Part shown: piece after piece, positions 1 to 10,189 of the stretch
Layout of the letters: the number at the start of each line of letters is the position of its first letter
Position numbering within the stretch: position 1 is the stretch's first letter
Assembly (NCBI GenBank): GCA_947624145.1
Contig: CANQIU010000001.1
Span: 1-49,682, forward strand
Length of the DNA stretch: 49,682 nucleotides
Origin: an uncultured Bacilli bacterium
GTDB taxonomy: Bacteria > Bacillota_I > Bacilli_A > RF39 > UBA660
Direction: 5' to 3'
The notes under the pieces: generated by a model
The model's database searches: none
Told to the model about the DNA's origin: nothing
What the model saw: the letters and a program-made list of their open reading frames with translations, nothing else
Program-made: the position numbers and the translations under genes

Positions 1-849
1 AAAACCGTACGGATTTATTTTTTCTTGGAATTTATTTTCTTCTTCATTTAATTTTTGATAATTTAAACTTAAATCAGGAACTATTTCTTTTAGAAAATAA
101 TTATTTAAAAACATATACATCTCGGTTTTTTTAAAATTACCAAAATATTCTCCATTATCACAAAATCTAATTCCTGAAGCTATCAAATTTTTAGATATTA
201 AAATTTTATTATCGTAGTCAACGTACCATTTTAAAGTAGCTACTTCTATCCAGACATAATCTCCTTCTTCATACATTACACCATTAGAAAAAAGTTCATA
301 TTTATCGTGATTTTTACAGCATGCTCTTATATATTTTTTTCCATTATACTCATACTCTTCATATTCTGAAGCTTGAAATGATAAAGTATACTCGCCCCAT
401 TTTCTAGAATCGGTTGTATAAATTTTCCCAGTTTTTCTTAAATTTCCTGATAGGTAGGCTTGTTCTAATTGTTTTTCTAAAATTATATCAACTGTATATT
501 GAGGATATTCTCCAAATTCTATTTCAATATTATTTATACTTGAAACAATACTATTTGGAATGGTTATAACTGGGCGAATTCCCCTTACTCTATCACAACT
601 AGCATAATATCTTGGCTCATCCCCATTTTCATCAATACCAAGTACATCTCCATAACCATTAGCATCTAATAAAAAATAAGTACCTGTACAACCCTTTAAA
701 GTATTATCATAATCTACAAAAATATCAAAAGCTTTTACACCTAATGTAATAGCAAAATCAGTTATTGCACATTTTGTTCCAATTTTTTCAAATATATTTA
801 ATTTTTTATTGCCAAACACTTGTTCTTTAGTTAATAATGTTGCTTCCAT
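1..849 (-). CDS. hypothetical protein, DUF6273-like; the C-terminus lies beyond the window edge
   Basis: Absent from the supplied ORF track because it runs off the window. The minus-strand frame is uninterrupted from ATG at 849 to base 1 (283 codons, no stop). RBS AAGGGGGA (858-865) lies 8 nt upstream. Promoter-like TTGATT(907-912)-17-TAGAAT(884-889). Translation starts MEATLLTKEQVFGNKKLNIFEKIGTKCAITDFAITLGV. Motifs ...RGIRPVI and FGEYPQ, plus a W-x-V segment, resemble DUF6273-type domains. The family call is from memory of that motif pattern only. Confidence 0.7.
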   Translation of the reverse strand, partial: MEATLLTKEQVFGNKKLNIFEKIGTKCAITDFAITLGVKAFDIFVDYDNTLKGCTGTYFLLDANGYGDVLGIDENGDEPRYYASCDRVRGIRPVITIPNSIVSSINNIEIEFGEYPQYTVDIILEKQLEQAYLSGNLRKTGKIYTTDSRKWGEYTLSFQASEYEEYEYNGKKYIRACCKNHDKYELFSNGVMYEEGDYVWIEVATLKWYVDYDNKILISKNLIASGIRFCDNGEYFGNFKKTEMYMFLNNYFLKEIVPDLSLNYQKLNEEENKFQEKINPYGF

Positions 850-1163
850 CCCCAAAATCCCCCTTCAAAATATTTTGTTTATTATTCTACTAAAAATATA
901 TGGAAAAATCAATAACTTTTTTTACTTTTATTTTCCTTTTTCTTGACACTATTAATGTTAAAACTTAACTCTGCTCTAGTCAATTTTTCTAACATTTGAT
1001 TTATAAAAACTTCCATATGCATCTATATCACCAAAAATATTGTATAACAATAATTTTTATCTTGCTTGATTTTCGACAAAAGATGTCAATTTTTTTAAAA
1101 ATAAATTAAATTTTCACCTAAAATACACAAGTTTTTGGATAGATATGCTATAATTATTAAAGG

Positions 1164-1748
1164 GTGATTGGTTTGGAGTATCCAAATAAGATTAAAAAAA
1201 ATTATCAAAAAGTTATTAACTATAGCAATCGTGGTTTAGATTTAGAAACAATCATTGAAGAAGCTAATCTTTATTATCGCGAAAATGATTTAGCTTACAT
1301 ATATAAAAAACCAACACCTATTGGCGTTGTTAAAGCTGTTTATCAAAATAAAGAAAGAAGAATATTAGATGCCTTTTATAAAACCCCCTCAACTTTAGAC
1401 TTTAATGGTTTATATAAAGGCTATTATATTGAATTTGATGCTAAAAGTACCACGAATAAAACAGCCTTTCCTTTAAGCAATATTCATGAACATCAAATAA
1501 AACATATGAAAAATATTTTTAAGCACGGAGGAATAGTCTTTTTAATTATAATGATTAATGATGAATATTATTTAGTAAAAGGAAAAGATATATTAGATTT
1601 TATTAATAATAATACGCGTAAAAGTATCCCTTATAGTTATATTAAAGAAAAAGGATATGAACTTAAATATAATTATTTAAAAGGTTTAGATTATCTTAAG
1701 GTATTAGATATATTAATTGGAGGTAATAATGAAAAAGTTAAAGATTAG
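1164..1748 (+). CDS. recU: Holliday junction resolvase RecU
   Basis: 194 aa with RecU-like NRGLDLE...YKKPTPI...LDFNG...YIEFDAKST...FPL.NI..HQ pattern. Sits immediately upstream of, and overlaps, a class A PBP gene, as in the B. subtilis recU-ponA operon. Extended -10 TGCTATAAT at about 1146-1154. The start is uncertain: GTG 1164 or in-frame TTG 1173 after AAAGGGTGA. Confidence 0.88.
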   Translation: MIGLEYPNKIKKNYQKVINYSNRGLDLETIIEEANLYYRENDLAYIYKKPTPIGVVKAVYQNKERRILDAFYKTPSTLDFNGLYKGYYIEFDAKSTTNKTAFPLSNIHEHQIKHMKNIFKHGGIVFLIIMINDEYYLVKGKDILDFINNNTRKSIPYSYIKEKGYELKYNYLKGLDYLKVLDILIGGNNEKVKD

Positions 1749-4296
1749 AAAAAAGAAAGATGAAAAAAAAGTTTTTAAGAAAAAGGAACATAAGAAGTTT
1801 TGGAATTGGTTTATATCATTAGTCTTAATTGGGGGTATAGCTTTTGTTTCCCTTATCTTAGTTTTTGCTTTATATGTCATAATTACATCACCAGATTTTG
1901 ATAAAGATAAGTTATATTCTAAAGAAGCAACGGTTATATATTATAAAGATGGAACGGAATTAACAAGACTAGGAAGTGAAAATCGAGTTTTAGTTAATTA
2001 TGATGAATTACCTCAAGTCTTAATTGATGCAATTATTGCGACCGAAGATTCTCGATTTTTCCAACATAGTGGTTTAGATGTAGCCAGATTTATTAAAGCA
2101 ACGATTGGGCAAATCTTAGGTAAACCGGGGGCTGGAGGAGCTTCAACCTTAACCATGCAAATTGTTAAAAAAGCCTACACTGACCCTAATGGCGAATATG
2201 ATTCCGGCTTAGAAGGATTAATTAGAAAAGCGACCGATATATATATGGCGGTTTTCAAAGTTGAATCAAATTATACTAAAGAAGAAATCATTGAGTTTTA
2301 TGTAAATACTATGTGGTTTTATGGAGGAACAACTAATTACGAAGGAACTTTTGGCGTTGAACAAGCTTGTCAATATTTCTTTGGTAAATCGGTTTCCGAT
2401 ATTAACTTAGCTGAAGCCTCAATTATTGCGGGAATGTTTCAAAACCCGGCTAGTATGAATCCTTATACTAAACCTACAGCCGTAAGAAAAAGACAAACTA
2501 GCGTGCTTAACTATATGGTGATGCATGGTTATATAACTGAAGAAGAAAAACAAGATGTTTTAGCTATTCCAATATCTTCTTTATTAAGAGATCGTTCCAA
2601 AGAAGTATCTAATATTAATCAAGCTGTTGTCGATTTTATCAAAAAAGAAGTTGAAGAAAAAACAGGCTATAGTCCTTATAATGTACCAATGAAAATATAT
2701 ACAACGATTGATCCAAATGTACAAGATATTTTAACGAAGTTTGAACGCGGAGAACTTACCGATTCTAAAGGAAAACTTCTTAACTTCTTCCCTAATGAAA
2801 AAATGCAAGAAGGTGTAGCTATTACTAATGTTAAAGATGGTTCTGTTGTGGCTATTTCAGCCGGTAGAAATTATCAAGCCGGAGGTAACGAAAGAGCTAC
2901 TGAAATAAAAAGACAACCTGGTTCAACAGCAAAAATATTATTTGATTATGGTCCAGCGATTGAATATTTACACTGGTCGCCATCGACGATTTTACTTGAT
3001 GAACCAACGACTTATACCAATGGAACCGCGATTAAAAACTCGGATGGCAAATACATGGGCGAAATAACCATGCGAACAGCGTTAGTAAATTCCCGGAATA
3101 TCCCGGCTTTAAGAGCTTTCAAAGCCGTCATGAATTATGATGATAAGATAATTTCTAACTTTGTTCATAGTTTAGGCATTGATTATGGACCAAACCTATT
3201 TGAGGCTGCTTCAATCGGAGGTTTTGATGGCGTTACGCCTTTACAAATGAGCTCTGCTTATGCGGCTTATGCTCGCGGTGGTTACTACATTGCTCCTTAT
3301 GTTTATACGAAAATCGAATTAATTGAAACGGGACAAACCATTGATTATAAATATGAACAAACTAGAGTTATGAGTGCCGAAACGGCTTATATGATCACGG
3401 ATATGTTAATGAGTGCAACAAATAGCAATGTTTCTGGTTTAAAACTTAACAATACTGATATTGCCTCTAAGGGAGGAACAACAAATATTGATGCAGCTTC
3501 TGCTAATGCTTTAGGTGTTCCTACTAATGCCACCAGAGATGCTTGGAATATTACTTACTCGCCAGAATATGCGATTGCCCTTTGGCTTGGTTATGATAAA
3601 ACAACTAGTGAATATTACTTAACTAGTAAAGTGGGAACTAGTATTAGAAAAGATATAATGAAAGAACTAGGAACGAAAATTTATACGCAAGGGCTAAAGT
3701 TTAATCAACCAACCGATGTTGTAACCGTAGAAGTTGAAGATGGTACTTTCCCTACGCAACTAGCCTCCGAATTTACACCAAATGATTTACGCAAATTTGA
3801 ATCATTTAAAGCGGGAACTGAACCAACCGAAGTATCAAGTAGATTTGCCAAATTAAAAAGCCCAACTAATGGTACTTATACCTTTAATGGTAGTCAAATT
3901 ACTTTATCTTGGAGTCCAATTCCCATGCCTGATGCTATCAATAATACTTACTTACAAGAATTCTTTAATAAAAACTATTTAGAATATGCCACTAAGTATT
4001 ATGAAGAAAGATTAAAATATAATCAAAATTATATTGGAACAATTGGTTATAATATCTATCAAAAAAATTCAACCGGTACATTAACTTATCTTGGTCGAAC
4101 CGATAAAAACACCTTTACTTTAAATAATTCCGCCTTAGGAACATATGTCATAAAATCAGCTTACTCTATCTTTACAGCCAATATGAGTGATGGCTTAGAA
4201 ATTACAATTAAAGCTTTAGATAATAATGTGGATAACATGTTAGATACTAACAATAATTCGGATACCGAAAAACCAAGTGATGATAAGTTAGATTAA
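1729..4296 (+). CDS. ponA: class A penicillin-binding protein (bifunctional glycosyltransferase/transpeptidase, PBP1-type)
   Basis: N-terminal TM segment. GT51 motifs (EDSRFFQHSGLD). Transpeptidase SxxK (GSTAK) and SxN (NSRN), with the third box present as KGG-TT. I prefer ATG 1729 (MKKLKIRKK), 5 nt after GGAGG at 1719-1723, over the track start at TTG 1717. Overlaps the recU end by 20 nt. Confidence 0.92.
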   Translation: MKKLKIRKKKDEKKVFKKKEHKKFWNWFISLVLIGGIAFVSLILVFALYVIITSPDFDKDKLYSKEATVIYYKDGTELTRLGSENRVLVNYDELPQVLIDAIIATEDSRFFQHSGLDVARFIKATIGQILGKPGAGGASTLTMQIVKKAYTDPNGEYDSGLEGLIRKATDIYMAVFKVESNYTKEEIIEFYVNTMWFYGGTTNYEGTFGVEQACQYFFGKSVSDINLAEASIIAGMFQNPASMNPYTKPTAVRKRQTSVLNYMVMHGYITEEEKQDVLAIPISSLLRDRSKEVSNINQAVVDFIKKEVEEKTGYSPYNVPMKIYTTIDPNVQDILTKFERGELTDSKGKLLNFFPNEKMQEGVAITNVKDGSVVAISAGRNYQAGGNERATEIKRQPGSTAKILFDYGPAIEYLHWSPSTILLDEPTTYTNGTAIKNSDGKYMGEITMRTALVNSRNIPALRAFKAVMNYDDKIISNFVHSLGIDYGPNLFEAASIGGFDGVTPLQMSSAYAAYARGGYYIAPYVYTKIELIETGQTIDYKYEQTRVMSAETAYMITDMLMSATNSNVSGLKLNNTDIASKGGTTNIDAASANALGVPTNATRDAWNITYSPEYAIALWLGYDKTTSEYYLTSKVGTSIRKDIMKELGTKIYTQGLKFNQPTDVVTVEVEDGTFPTQLASEFTPNDLRKFESFKAGTEPTEVSSRFAKLKSPTNGTYTFNGSQITLSWSPIPMPDAINNTYLQEFFNKNYLEYATKYYEERLKYNQNYIGTIGYNIYQKNSTGTLTYLGRTDKNTFTLNNSALGTYVIKSAYSIFTANMSDGLEITIKALDNNVDNMLDTNNNSDTEKPSDDKLD

Positions 4297-4301
4297 AAAA
4301 T

Positions 4302-4334
4302 AAACCAGATTGCTTTTTAACAATCTGGTTTTAA
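4302..4334. terminator. bidirectional rho-independent terminator between convergent ponA and nth
   Basis: AAACCAGATTG-ctttttaa-CAATCTGGTTT gives an 11-bp stem flanked by an A-run on one side and a T-run on the other. The right arm overlaps the last nth codons. Confidence 0.7.
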
Positions 4335-4934
4335 TTTACAAATCTTTTTAAAAGGACAATTAGCACATTCTGGTTTAACGCTTTTACAAATATACCTACC
4401 AAATAAAAGCAATTGATGATTTACTCTATTCCAGCTTTCTTGGGGCAAGTAATTCATTAATCTTTCTTCTATTTTTTTAACATCAAAAGTATCTACTAAA
4501 CCTAATCTATTACTAACTCTTGCCACATGAGTATCAACAGCAATTGTAGGAACATCATAAATTTCGGCTAAAACCACATTACAGGTCTTATGCCCCACGC
4601 CCGGAAGACTTTCTAAATAAGCTCTATTATTAGGAACTTTTCCTTTATAATCATTTACTAAACTTTGAGCAAGACTTTTAATAAACAAAGCCTTTTTATG
4701 ATAAGTACCTACTGGTCTTATAATTTCTTCAATATCTTCTATTCTTGCCTCTTTTAAGCTAAAAATATCATACTTGGAAAATAGAATAGGTGTTACCATA
4801 TTAACTCTTTTATCCGTTGATTGAGCCGATAAAAGAGTAGCTATTAATAATTCATAATCTTGATTGTAATTAAGCTCACACTTTGGATTTGGTACTAACT
4901 TATCTAAAATTTTAACTAATTCTTCACTTTTCAT
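4317..4934 (-). CDS. nth: endonuclease III (DNA-(apurinic/apyrimidinic site) lyase)
   Basis: HhH-GPD pattern (LPGVGHKTCNVVL, catalytic D in VDTHV) and C-terminal 4Fe-4S ligands C-x6-C-x2-C-x5-C (CKSVKPECANCPFKKIC). Adjacent to dnaD as in B. subtilis. Confidence 0.93.
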   Translation of the reverse strand: MKSEELVKILDKLVPNPKCELNYNQDYELLIATLLSAQSTDKRVNMVTPILFSKYDIFSLKEARIEDIEEIIRPVGTYHKKALFIKSLAQSLVNDYKGKVPNNRAYLESLPGVGHKTCNVVLAEIYDVPTIAVDTHVARVSNRLGLVDTFDVKKIEERLMNYLPQESWNRVNHQLLLFGRYICKSVKPECANCPFKKICKLKPDC

Positions 4935-5544
4935 GTAACCAATCCAAATTTAAAACACTTGTTTCAAATAATGAAGATTTATCTTCACTAACTTTTTTTT
5001 GAATATCATCTACTTTTTTAATACCTTTTCTTTGCCAATCATATAAAATTTTATCAACATATCTTAAACTATTTACCCCACTTAAAACCGTTTCATTTAA
5101 AGCGGCAACAATAAGTTCTTCGGAAAAACCTTTATCAATCCAAGCATTAATAACTTCATAATCCATCCCATTTAAAGTTCTTCCTAATTTATCTTCAAAA
5201 ATACTATATATACTAATCTTAGTATTTTCTTTTTCTTTTGATTTATTATCAATACTAATATCTTGATAAAAATTATCTAAAGATACTTTTTCACAAATCT
5301 TTCCAAAATCATTTTTTTCAGCTTTAACTTTAATTAAGTTCTTTTTCATTAAACTACTATAAGCATTAAGAACTTTTTTTTCATCCATATTTAAGACTTG
5401 CGAAATTAAAGCTATATCAAATTCCGAATCATAAGAATTATCAAAATAAAGAAGTAGTAAGAATTCATCTAAAGAAAGATTCTTTTTTAAAGCTTCTTTA
5501 ATAAAAAGAGATTCCGTAACAAACTTTTTATTAGATTTATTCAT
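4924..5544 (-). CDS. dnaD: DnaD-domain replication initiation/membrane attachment protein
   Basis: C-terminal DnaD/DnaB_2-like repeat (YEVINAWIDKGFSEELIVAALNETVLSGVNSLRYVDKILYDWQRKGIK). Conserved dnaD-nth synteny. Confidence 0.8.
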   Translation of the reverse strand: MNKSNKKFVTESLFIKEALKKNLSLDEFLLLLYFDNSYDSEFDIALISQVLNMDEKKVLNAYSSLMKKNLIKVKAEKNDFGKICEKVSLDNFYQDISIDNKSKEKENTKISIYSIFEDKLGRTLNGMDYEVINAWIDKGFSEELIVAALNETVLSGVNSLRYVDKILYDWQRKGIKKVDDIQKKVSEDKSSLFETSVLNLDWLHEK

Positions 5545-5545
5545 C

Positions 5546-6625
5546 TTACCACTTTCCTTTATTACTTTCTAAATATTTTCTTATTTCTTTATTATTATTT
5601 TTTAATTTATTATTTAAAATATTTTTTTCTAAATCTAAATATACTTTATTAATAACTTTATCTTCACAATTTAAAATATGAACAATATCATTACTTTTAA
5701 TATTTAAATCTTTTCTTTCTTTAATCGGTAATTTTTTATATAATTTATTGATTTCTTTCGAACTTATGCCTAGTATCTGGGCCGCTACAGAAGAAATATA
5801 TAAATCATTATGATATAAAACCTCATTATCAATATATCCTTTTTTTATTACCTCGGTAATTTTTATTATAGTCTTTTTTTCTTGTTTTGTAAATGGCATA
5901 TCCCGAAAGTTTAATTGAGCATACATTCCCATTATTGAAGATGTATAAGTAATATGATCATAACTTATATTTAAGATTTTATTAATTCCTAGTTTTTCTA
6001 GTAAATCTAAGCCTTTTTGAAAGTTAGGACTTAGTAAAATCTTATCATATTCTTTTTTTATTCTTTCTTTACTTAAAGTTTTAATTAAAGAGGCATTTTC
6101 TTTAATATAGGCCTCTAAATTAGGTTCTAATTTAAAATCTAGAATAGTAGCAAATCTAATAGCTCTTAATATTCTTAAAGGGTCTTCTTTTAGTTTTTTA
6201 TCTATATCACCAATAACTCTTATAAGATTTTTATTTAAGTCTTCTATTCCCTTTAATTTATCAATTACATGTTCATCTTTATCCATACAAATACTATTAA
6301 TGGTAAAATCTCTTCTTAATAAATCTTTTTCTAAAGAATCTATATAGACTAAACTACTGGGTTTGCGATTTTCATAATTTAATTCTTCCCGATAGGTTGT
6401 AATATCAATATTATATTTACCAATCTTTAAGTTTGATCCACCATAACCATTATAATTATTGATATTAAAAATATTATGAATATCCTTTGGCAAAGCATTA
6501 GTACAAATATCAACATCATAAGAATTAATGCCTCTTAAAGCATCGCGAACATAACCACCCACGATGAAAGCCTCATAACCATTTTTCGTAATTTTTTCTA
6601 AAACATTTTTAATTATCTTATCCAT
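5546..6625 (-). CDS. cca: CCA-adding tRNA nucleotidyltransferase
   Basis: PolyA_pol/CCA family motifs GGYVRD...DVDI and RRDFTINS. The track ORF starts at 6649, directly after the fda terminator and with no RBS. In-frame ATG 6625 (MDKIIKNVLEKI) follows TAGGGA and gives the usual spacing of about 21 aa before the GG motif. Confidence 0.85.
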   Translation of the reverse strand: MDKIIKNVLEKITKNGYEAFIVGGYVRDALRGINSYDVDICTNALPKDIHNIFNINNYNGYGGSNLKIGKYNIDITTYREELNYENRKPSSLVYIDSLEKDLLRRDFTINSICMDKDEHVIDKLKGIEDLNKNLIRVIGDIDKKLKEDPLRILRAIRFATILDFKLEPNLEAYIKENASLIKTLSKERIKKEYDKILLSPNFQKGLDLLEKLGINKILNISYDHITYTSSIMGMYAQLNFRDMPFTKQEKKTIIKITEVIKKGYIDNEVLYHNDLYISSVAAQILGISSKEINKLYKKLPIKERKDLNIKSNDIVHILNCEDKVINKVYLDLEKNILNNKLKNNNKEIRKYLESNKGKW

Positions 6626-6650
6626 AGAATCCCTACTTAATTTTATCATT

Positions 6651-6681
6651 AAAATAAAGGAAGTAGAACTTCCTTTATTTT
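6651..6681 (-). terminator. rho-independent terminator after fda
   Basis: AAAATAAAGGAAGT-aga-ACTTCCTTTATTTT: a perfect 14-bp palindromic stem with a T-run, 3 nt downstream of the fda stop. Confidence 0.7.
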
Positions 6682-6684
6682 AAG

Positions 6685-7575
6685 TTAACTTTTTATTTTT
6701 TTAAAAGAAGCATCGTAAATATTTAAAATTGATTCTTCTAGTTTTTTCGTAAATTCTTCTTCGCTTTGGTTAATATTTAAGCCTTCTAATAACCCCCGGG
6801 AAAAAGAGGCAATCATTTTCTTATTTTGCTTTAATAAATCACAAGCTTCTTCTTGGCTATAACCCCCGGATAAAGCAACAATTCTTAAAACATTTTTATT
6901 TCTTAAAAGTTCATCATATAAATTAATCTTCGTTGGCAAAGTAAATTTAAATATAAGTTTTTGGTCCGTTTTTAATTTTCTTAGTTCAATTTTAATTTGT
7001 TCTTTTAAATACATTTCTATTTTTTCTTTGCCTACAGCCTTAATATCTACCTCGGGTTCAATAATAGGAATTAAGCCTTTAGCCATGATTTGTTTAGCTA
7101 ATTTAAATTGTTGTTCTATCACTTTCTTTATACCATATTCATTATATTCTTTGATAACAGACCGCATTTTGGTTCCCACAATGCCATGTTTTAAGGCCTC
7201 ATTTAGTAAAGCATCTAAATCAGGAATTTCTTTTAGCATTTGAACGCCTGCATCTAGCTCTTCTAAACCAACATCAATTTTTAAGAAAGATGGAATTTCT
7301 TTTTCTTCCCAAAGGTATTCTGCCGTATAACGATCATCGATAAAAGATTCCATTGTTTTTTTAAAAAGAATAACACCTAAGATATGTTTACTGGTAAATT
7401 TAGGATTAGTTATAATTCTTTTGCGCATTTGGTGAATATAAGCAAACATTTCTTCTTCACTCTTATAATCACTTTCCTTAACTCCATATAACTTTAAAGT
7501 TTTAGCACTACTTCCCCCGCTTTGGTCTAAAGCTGCGATAAAACCTTTTCTTTTTTCTAATATTTCTTCTTTCAT
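6685..7575 (-). CDS. fda: fructose-bisphosphate aldolase, class I
   Basis: 296 aa. The N-terminus KGFIAALDQSGGS... is characteristic of the staphylococcal-type class I FBA of the same length. Confidence 0.9.
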   Translation of the reverse strand: MKEEILEKRKGFIAALDQSGGSSAKTLKLYGVKESDYKSEEEMFAYIHQMRKRIITNPKFTSKHILGVILFKKTMESFIDDRYTAEYLWEEKEIPSFLKIDVGLEELDAGVQMLKEIPDLDALLNEALKHGIVGTKMRSVIKEYNEYGIKKVIEQQFKLAKQIMAKGLIPIIEPEVDIKAVGKEKIEMYLKEQIKIELRKLKTDQKLIFKFTLPTKINLYDELLRNKNVLRIVALSGGYSQEEACDLLKQNKKMIASFSRGLLEGLNINQSEEEFTKKLEESILNIYDASFKKIKS

Positions 7576-7578
7576 TAA

Positions 7579-10125
7579 TTACCCTCTTTTCTTTTTAAAT
7601 TTATCTTTATTTTCATAAACTATAAGACCTATAAAGGCTCCTACTCCCCCAAGGCTTATCATAAGCCCCGCCCTACTGCCAAGAGCAGTATATATTATTT
7701 TGATATGATGATTTCCTTCTTTAACTGGAAAACCTAATAAATCAATATTAACTTTCGAAGTTGCTTGTTTTATTCCATCTACATATACTTTATAACCTTT
7801 ATCATAAGGAACACTTAAAACAAAATAACCATCTTTTTTAACTTCGATATTCCCTTCTATTATATCACCTTTTGTTTTATTTTTATCAAAAATAAATTCA
7901 TCAACTTTATCATTTAAATTATTAACATAACCATAATCTAAAGTATAAGTTTTTAAATTCTTAATTTTATAATTACCTTTAGATAACTTAATTTCTAAAT
8001 TAGCTATTTCATCAGTACTTAAGACATAATCAAAATTATAATTTTGATTATGATATTTCCAAGTTTCACAAGTAAGTTTATTAGTTAATCCATTAATGGT
8101 AATAGTAGTATCACCAATAGCACAAGAATTAGATTCTAGTAATTCAAAACTAATATATAAAAGCTCATTATTTAAAGGCTTTTTTAAAGGAAGATTAATT
8201 GTTTTTTCTTCATCTAAAGAAAAGACATAAACACCATTTGTTTTTTTATAATTAAGCTTAGCCAATTCTTTTAAATTTAAGTCTAATGTCGTTTCTTCTA
8301 AATGGGTCGAAATATTATTTAATACTTTATCTTCAACTATAACATTATTTAAAATAATCTCTTGATTATAGGGATAACTAAGTTTATTAAAGATATCTAT
8401 ATTAACTAAATTGGCTGAGGCATAAGCTAAAGGCAAGGCATTATCATTTTTATACATTGTTAAATTACCGACTTTAGCATACTCTAAATAACCCATATAA
8501 GGAGAATCTTGGGTAAGTAAATACTTATGCCCCATTAATAGCAAGAAAGGATAATTTTTTGGAGAGCTTAAAATAAATTGATTACGACTTTGAAATGGAT
8601 TATGCATTACCTTAACAAAAAAGTCTTTATATAAAACATTATAAGTTGATGAGTATATCGTACTTTGATAATAATCTAGATTACCAAAGATTCGATTCGT
8701 ATTAGTGGTGGGATTAATATTATTAGCAATCCGGTAAAAAGAATTATCTTCAGTAGTTACTTTATTAATAATCTCGGCTTGATTTTGGTATTTTTTTCCA
8801 TAAGTATTTTGGTAATTAAGAAAAGTATCTTGTTTTGAAGAATATAAAGATATACCTAAAACCATTATTATCACGGGGATACCGACAATTAAAGTTTGCC
8901 GATATTGACGGCTTAAAAGTAAAGCAATAATAGTGATAAGGGCATCAATTAATAAAACATATTTTAAATTTCCCATCTTAAAAGAAGCAATAATAATAAT
9001 TGGTAAAGATAGGAAAATAATGACTTTTAAGTTTGTTTTTTTATCTTGCAAGTTTTCCATAAATAAAGCTATCGTATAACAATATAATGGTAAAAAAGGA
9101 ATTAAAACTTTACTATCTAAATACATTCCCGCATTAAATAAATAAACAAAGATGGGAAAGACAACCAAAGAACTTAATACGGTTGCTAAAAAAACTTCTT
9201 CTTTTCTTTGGAAAAATAAACTTAAAAGACTAAATAAGGCAATCGAGGCAAGACCTACCCCATAAGTTCGGTAAAGAATAAAACCTAAATTAAAGCTTGG
9301 GAGCAAAATTTCTTTTAAAGAAATCGCCACGCTTATGTTTTCCCGACCACCGAAAATAACTAAAAGCGTTGGTAAAATTAAAACCATCGTCATCATAATA
9401 GCAATGAAAAGCGGAATCATAAACTTTAAACCTTCAATTAAAAAATTTTTAAACTTAAACTTCCGATTTAAAGATAAATAAACAAAAATACCATAGATAA
9501 CAATCGCAACTAAACCACCTACAGCATAATAGTAACTAGTTAATATCATTAAAAATATTCCTAGTATTAATTCCGAGCTTTTTTTATTTTTAAAGTATTT
9601 ATCTACGCCCATTAAAGCCATCAGTAAAAAAGGCATATAATCGACAAACATAATATGCCGATGTAAATGAAACATTAAAGAAGATGCTCCTAAAAAGGTA
9701 AAGCTACTTATTAAAGCAGTTAAAGAACTAAACTTATGATTTCTTAAAAACTTATAAAACAAAATTATACTGGCAAGTATTGAAGCACTAGTAGATATCA
9801 TAATATATATTTCCATTTTTAAAAAAGGAAAAAGATACGATAATAAAATAAAGGGATTAAATAAACCATAATAAGCATAATTATAAATATTTTGACCTCC
9901 CCCTAAATTAAGAGCTAAATTAGGAAAGAAATCAAAGGTTTTATAAAAAAGAGCGCGAAAATACTCAGGAATTGCCGAATGTTGACTAGGCCAATCAGTC
10001 GATGAGGCTAGCATATCCCCTTTTTTTAACATTAAAATAATTAGTAATATAAAACTACCTACTAATATTAATAAATTATAATAATCTTTTTTTTGCCATT
10101 TAGAATTATTACTACTTTTTCTCAC
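7579..10125 (-). CDS. YfhO-family polytopic membrane protein (GT-C type glycosyltransferase)
   Basis: 848 aa. About 12-14 hydrophobic segments over the first ~430 aa, then a ~400-aa soluble domain and a C-terminal TM. This is the architecture of the YfhO family. The family call rests on architecture and size. Confidence 0.75.
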   Translation of the reverse strand: MRKSSNNSKWQKKDYYNLLILVGSFILLIILMLKKGDMLASSTDWPSQHSAIPEYFRALFYKTFDFFPNLALNLGGGQNIYNYAYYGLFNPFILLSYLFPFLKMEIYIMISTSASILASIILFYKFLRNHKFSSLTALISSFTFLGASSLMFHLHRHIMFVDYMPFLLMALMGVDKYFKNKKSSELILGIFLMILTSYYYAVGGLVAIVIYGIFVYLSLNRKFKFKNFLIEGLKFMIPLFIAIMMTMVLILPTLLVIFGGRENISVAISLKEILLPSFNLGFILYRTYGVGLASIALFSLLSLFFQRKEEVFLATVLSSLVVFPIFVYLFNAGMYLDSKVLIPFLPLYCYTIALFMENLQDKKTNLKVIIFLSLPIIIIASFKMGNLKYVLLIDALITIIALLLSRQYRQTLIVGIPVIIMVLGISLYSSKQDTFLNYQNTYGKKYQNQAEIINKVTTEDNSFYRIANNINPTTNTNRIFGNLDYYQSTIYSSTYNVLYKDFFVKVMHNPFQSRNQFILSSPKNYPFLLLMGHKYLLTQDSPYMGYLEYAKVGNLTMYKNDNALPLAYASANLVNIDIFNKLSYPYNQEIILNNVIVEDKVLNNISTHLEETTLDLNLKELAKLNYKKTNGVYVFSLDEEKTINLPLKKPLNNELLYISFELLESNSCAIGDTTITINGLTNKLTCETWKYHNQNYNFDYVLSTDEIANLEIKLSKGNYKIKNLKTYTLDYGYVNNLNDKVDEFIFDKNKTKGDIIEGNIEVKKDGYFVLSVPYDKGYKVYVDGIKQATSKVNIDLLGFPVKEGNHHIKIIYTALGSRAGLMISLGGVGAFIGLIVYENKDKFKKKRG

Positions 10126-10189
10126 TTATAAACCCTCCTACTTAAGTTACTTCTATTATAACAATTTATATATTAAAAAGAAATATATT

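Noticed and set aside
850-1163. Small ORFs (about 31 aa on plus from 1017; about 35-37 aa on minus from about 1021) and a weak hairpin plus T-run near 1070-1100, in the 313-nt recU upstream region
   Set aside because: Neither ORF has a convincing RBS. The hairpin stem is short and interrupted. The region is adequately explained by two divergent promoters (TAGAAT/TTGATT for the edge gene, TGCTATAAT for recU). It is left unannotated.
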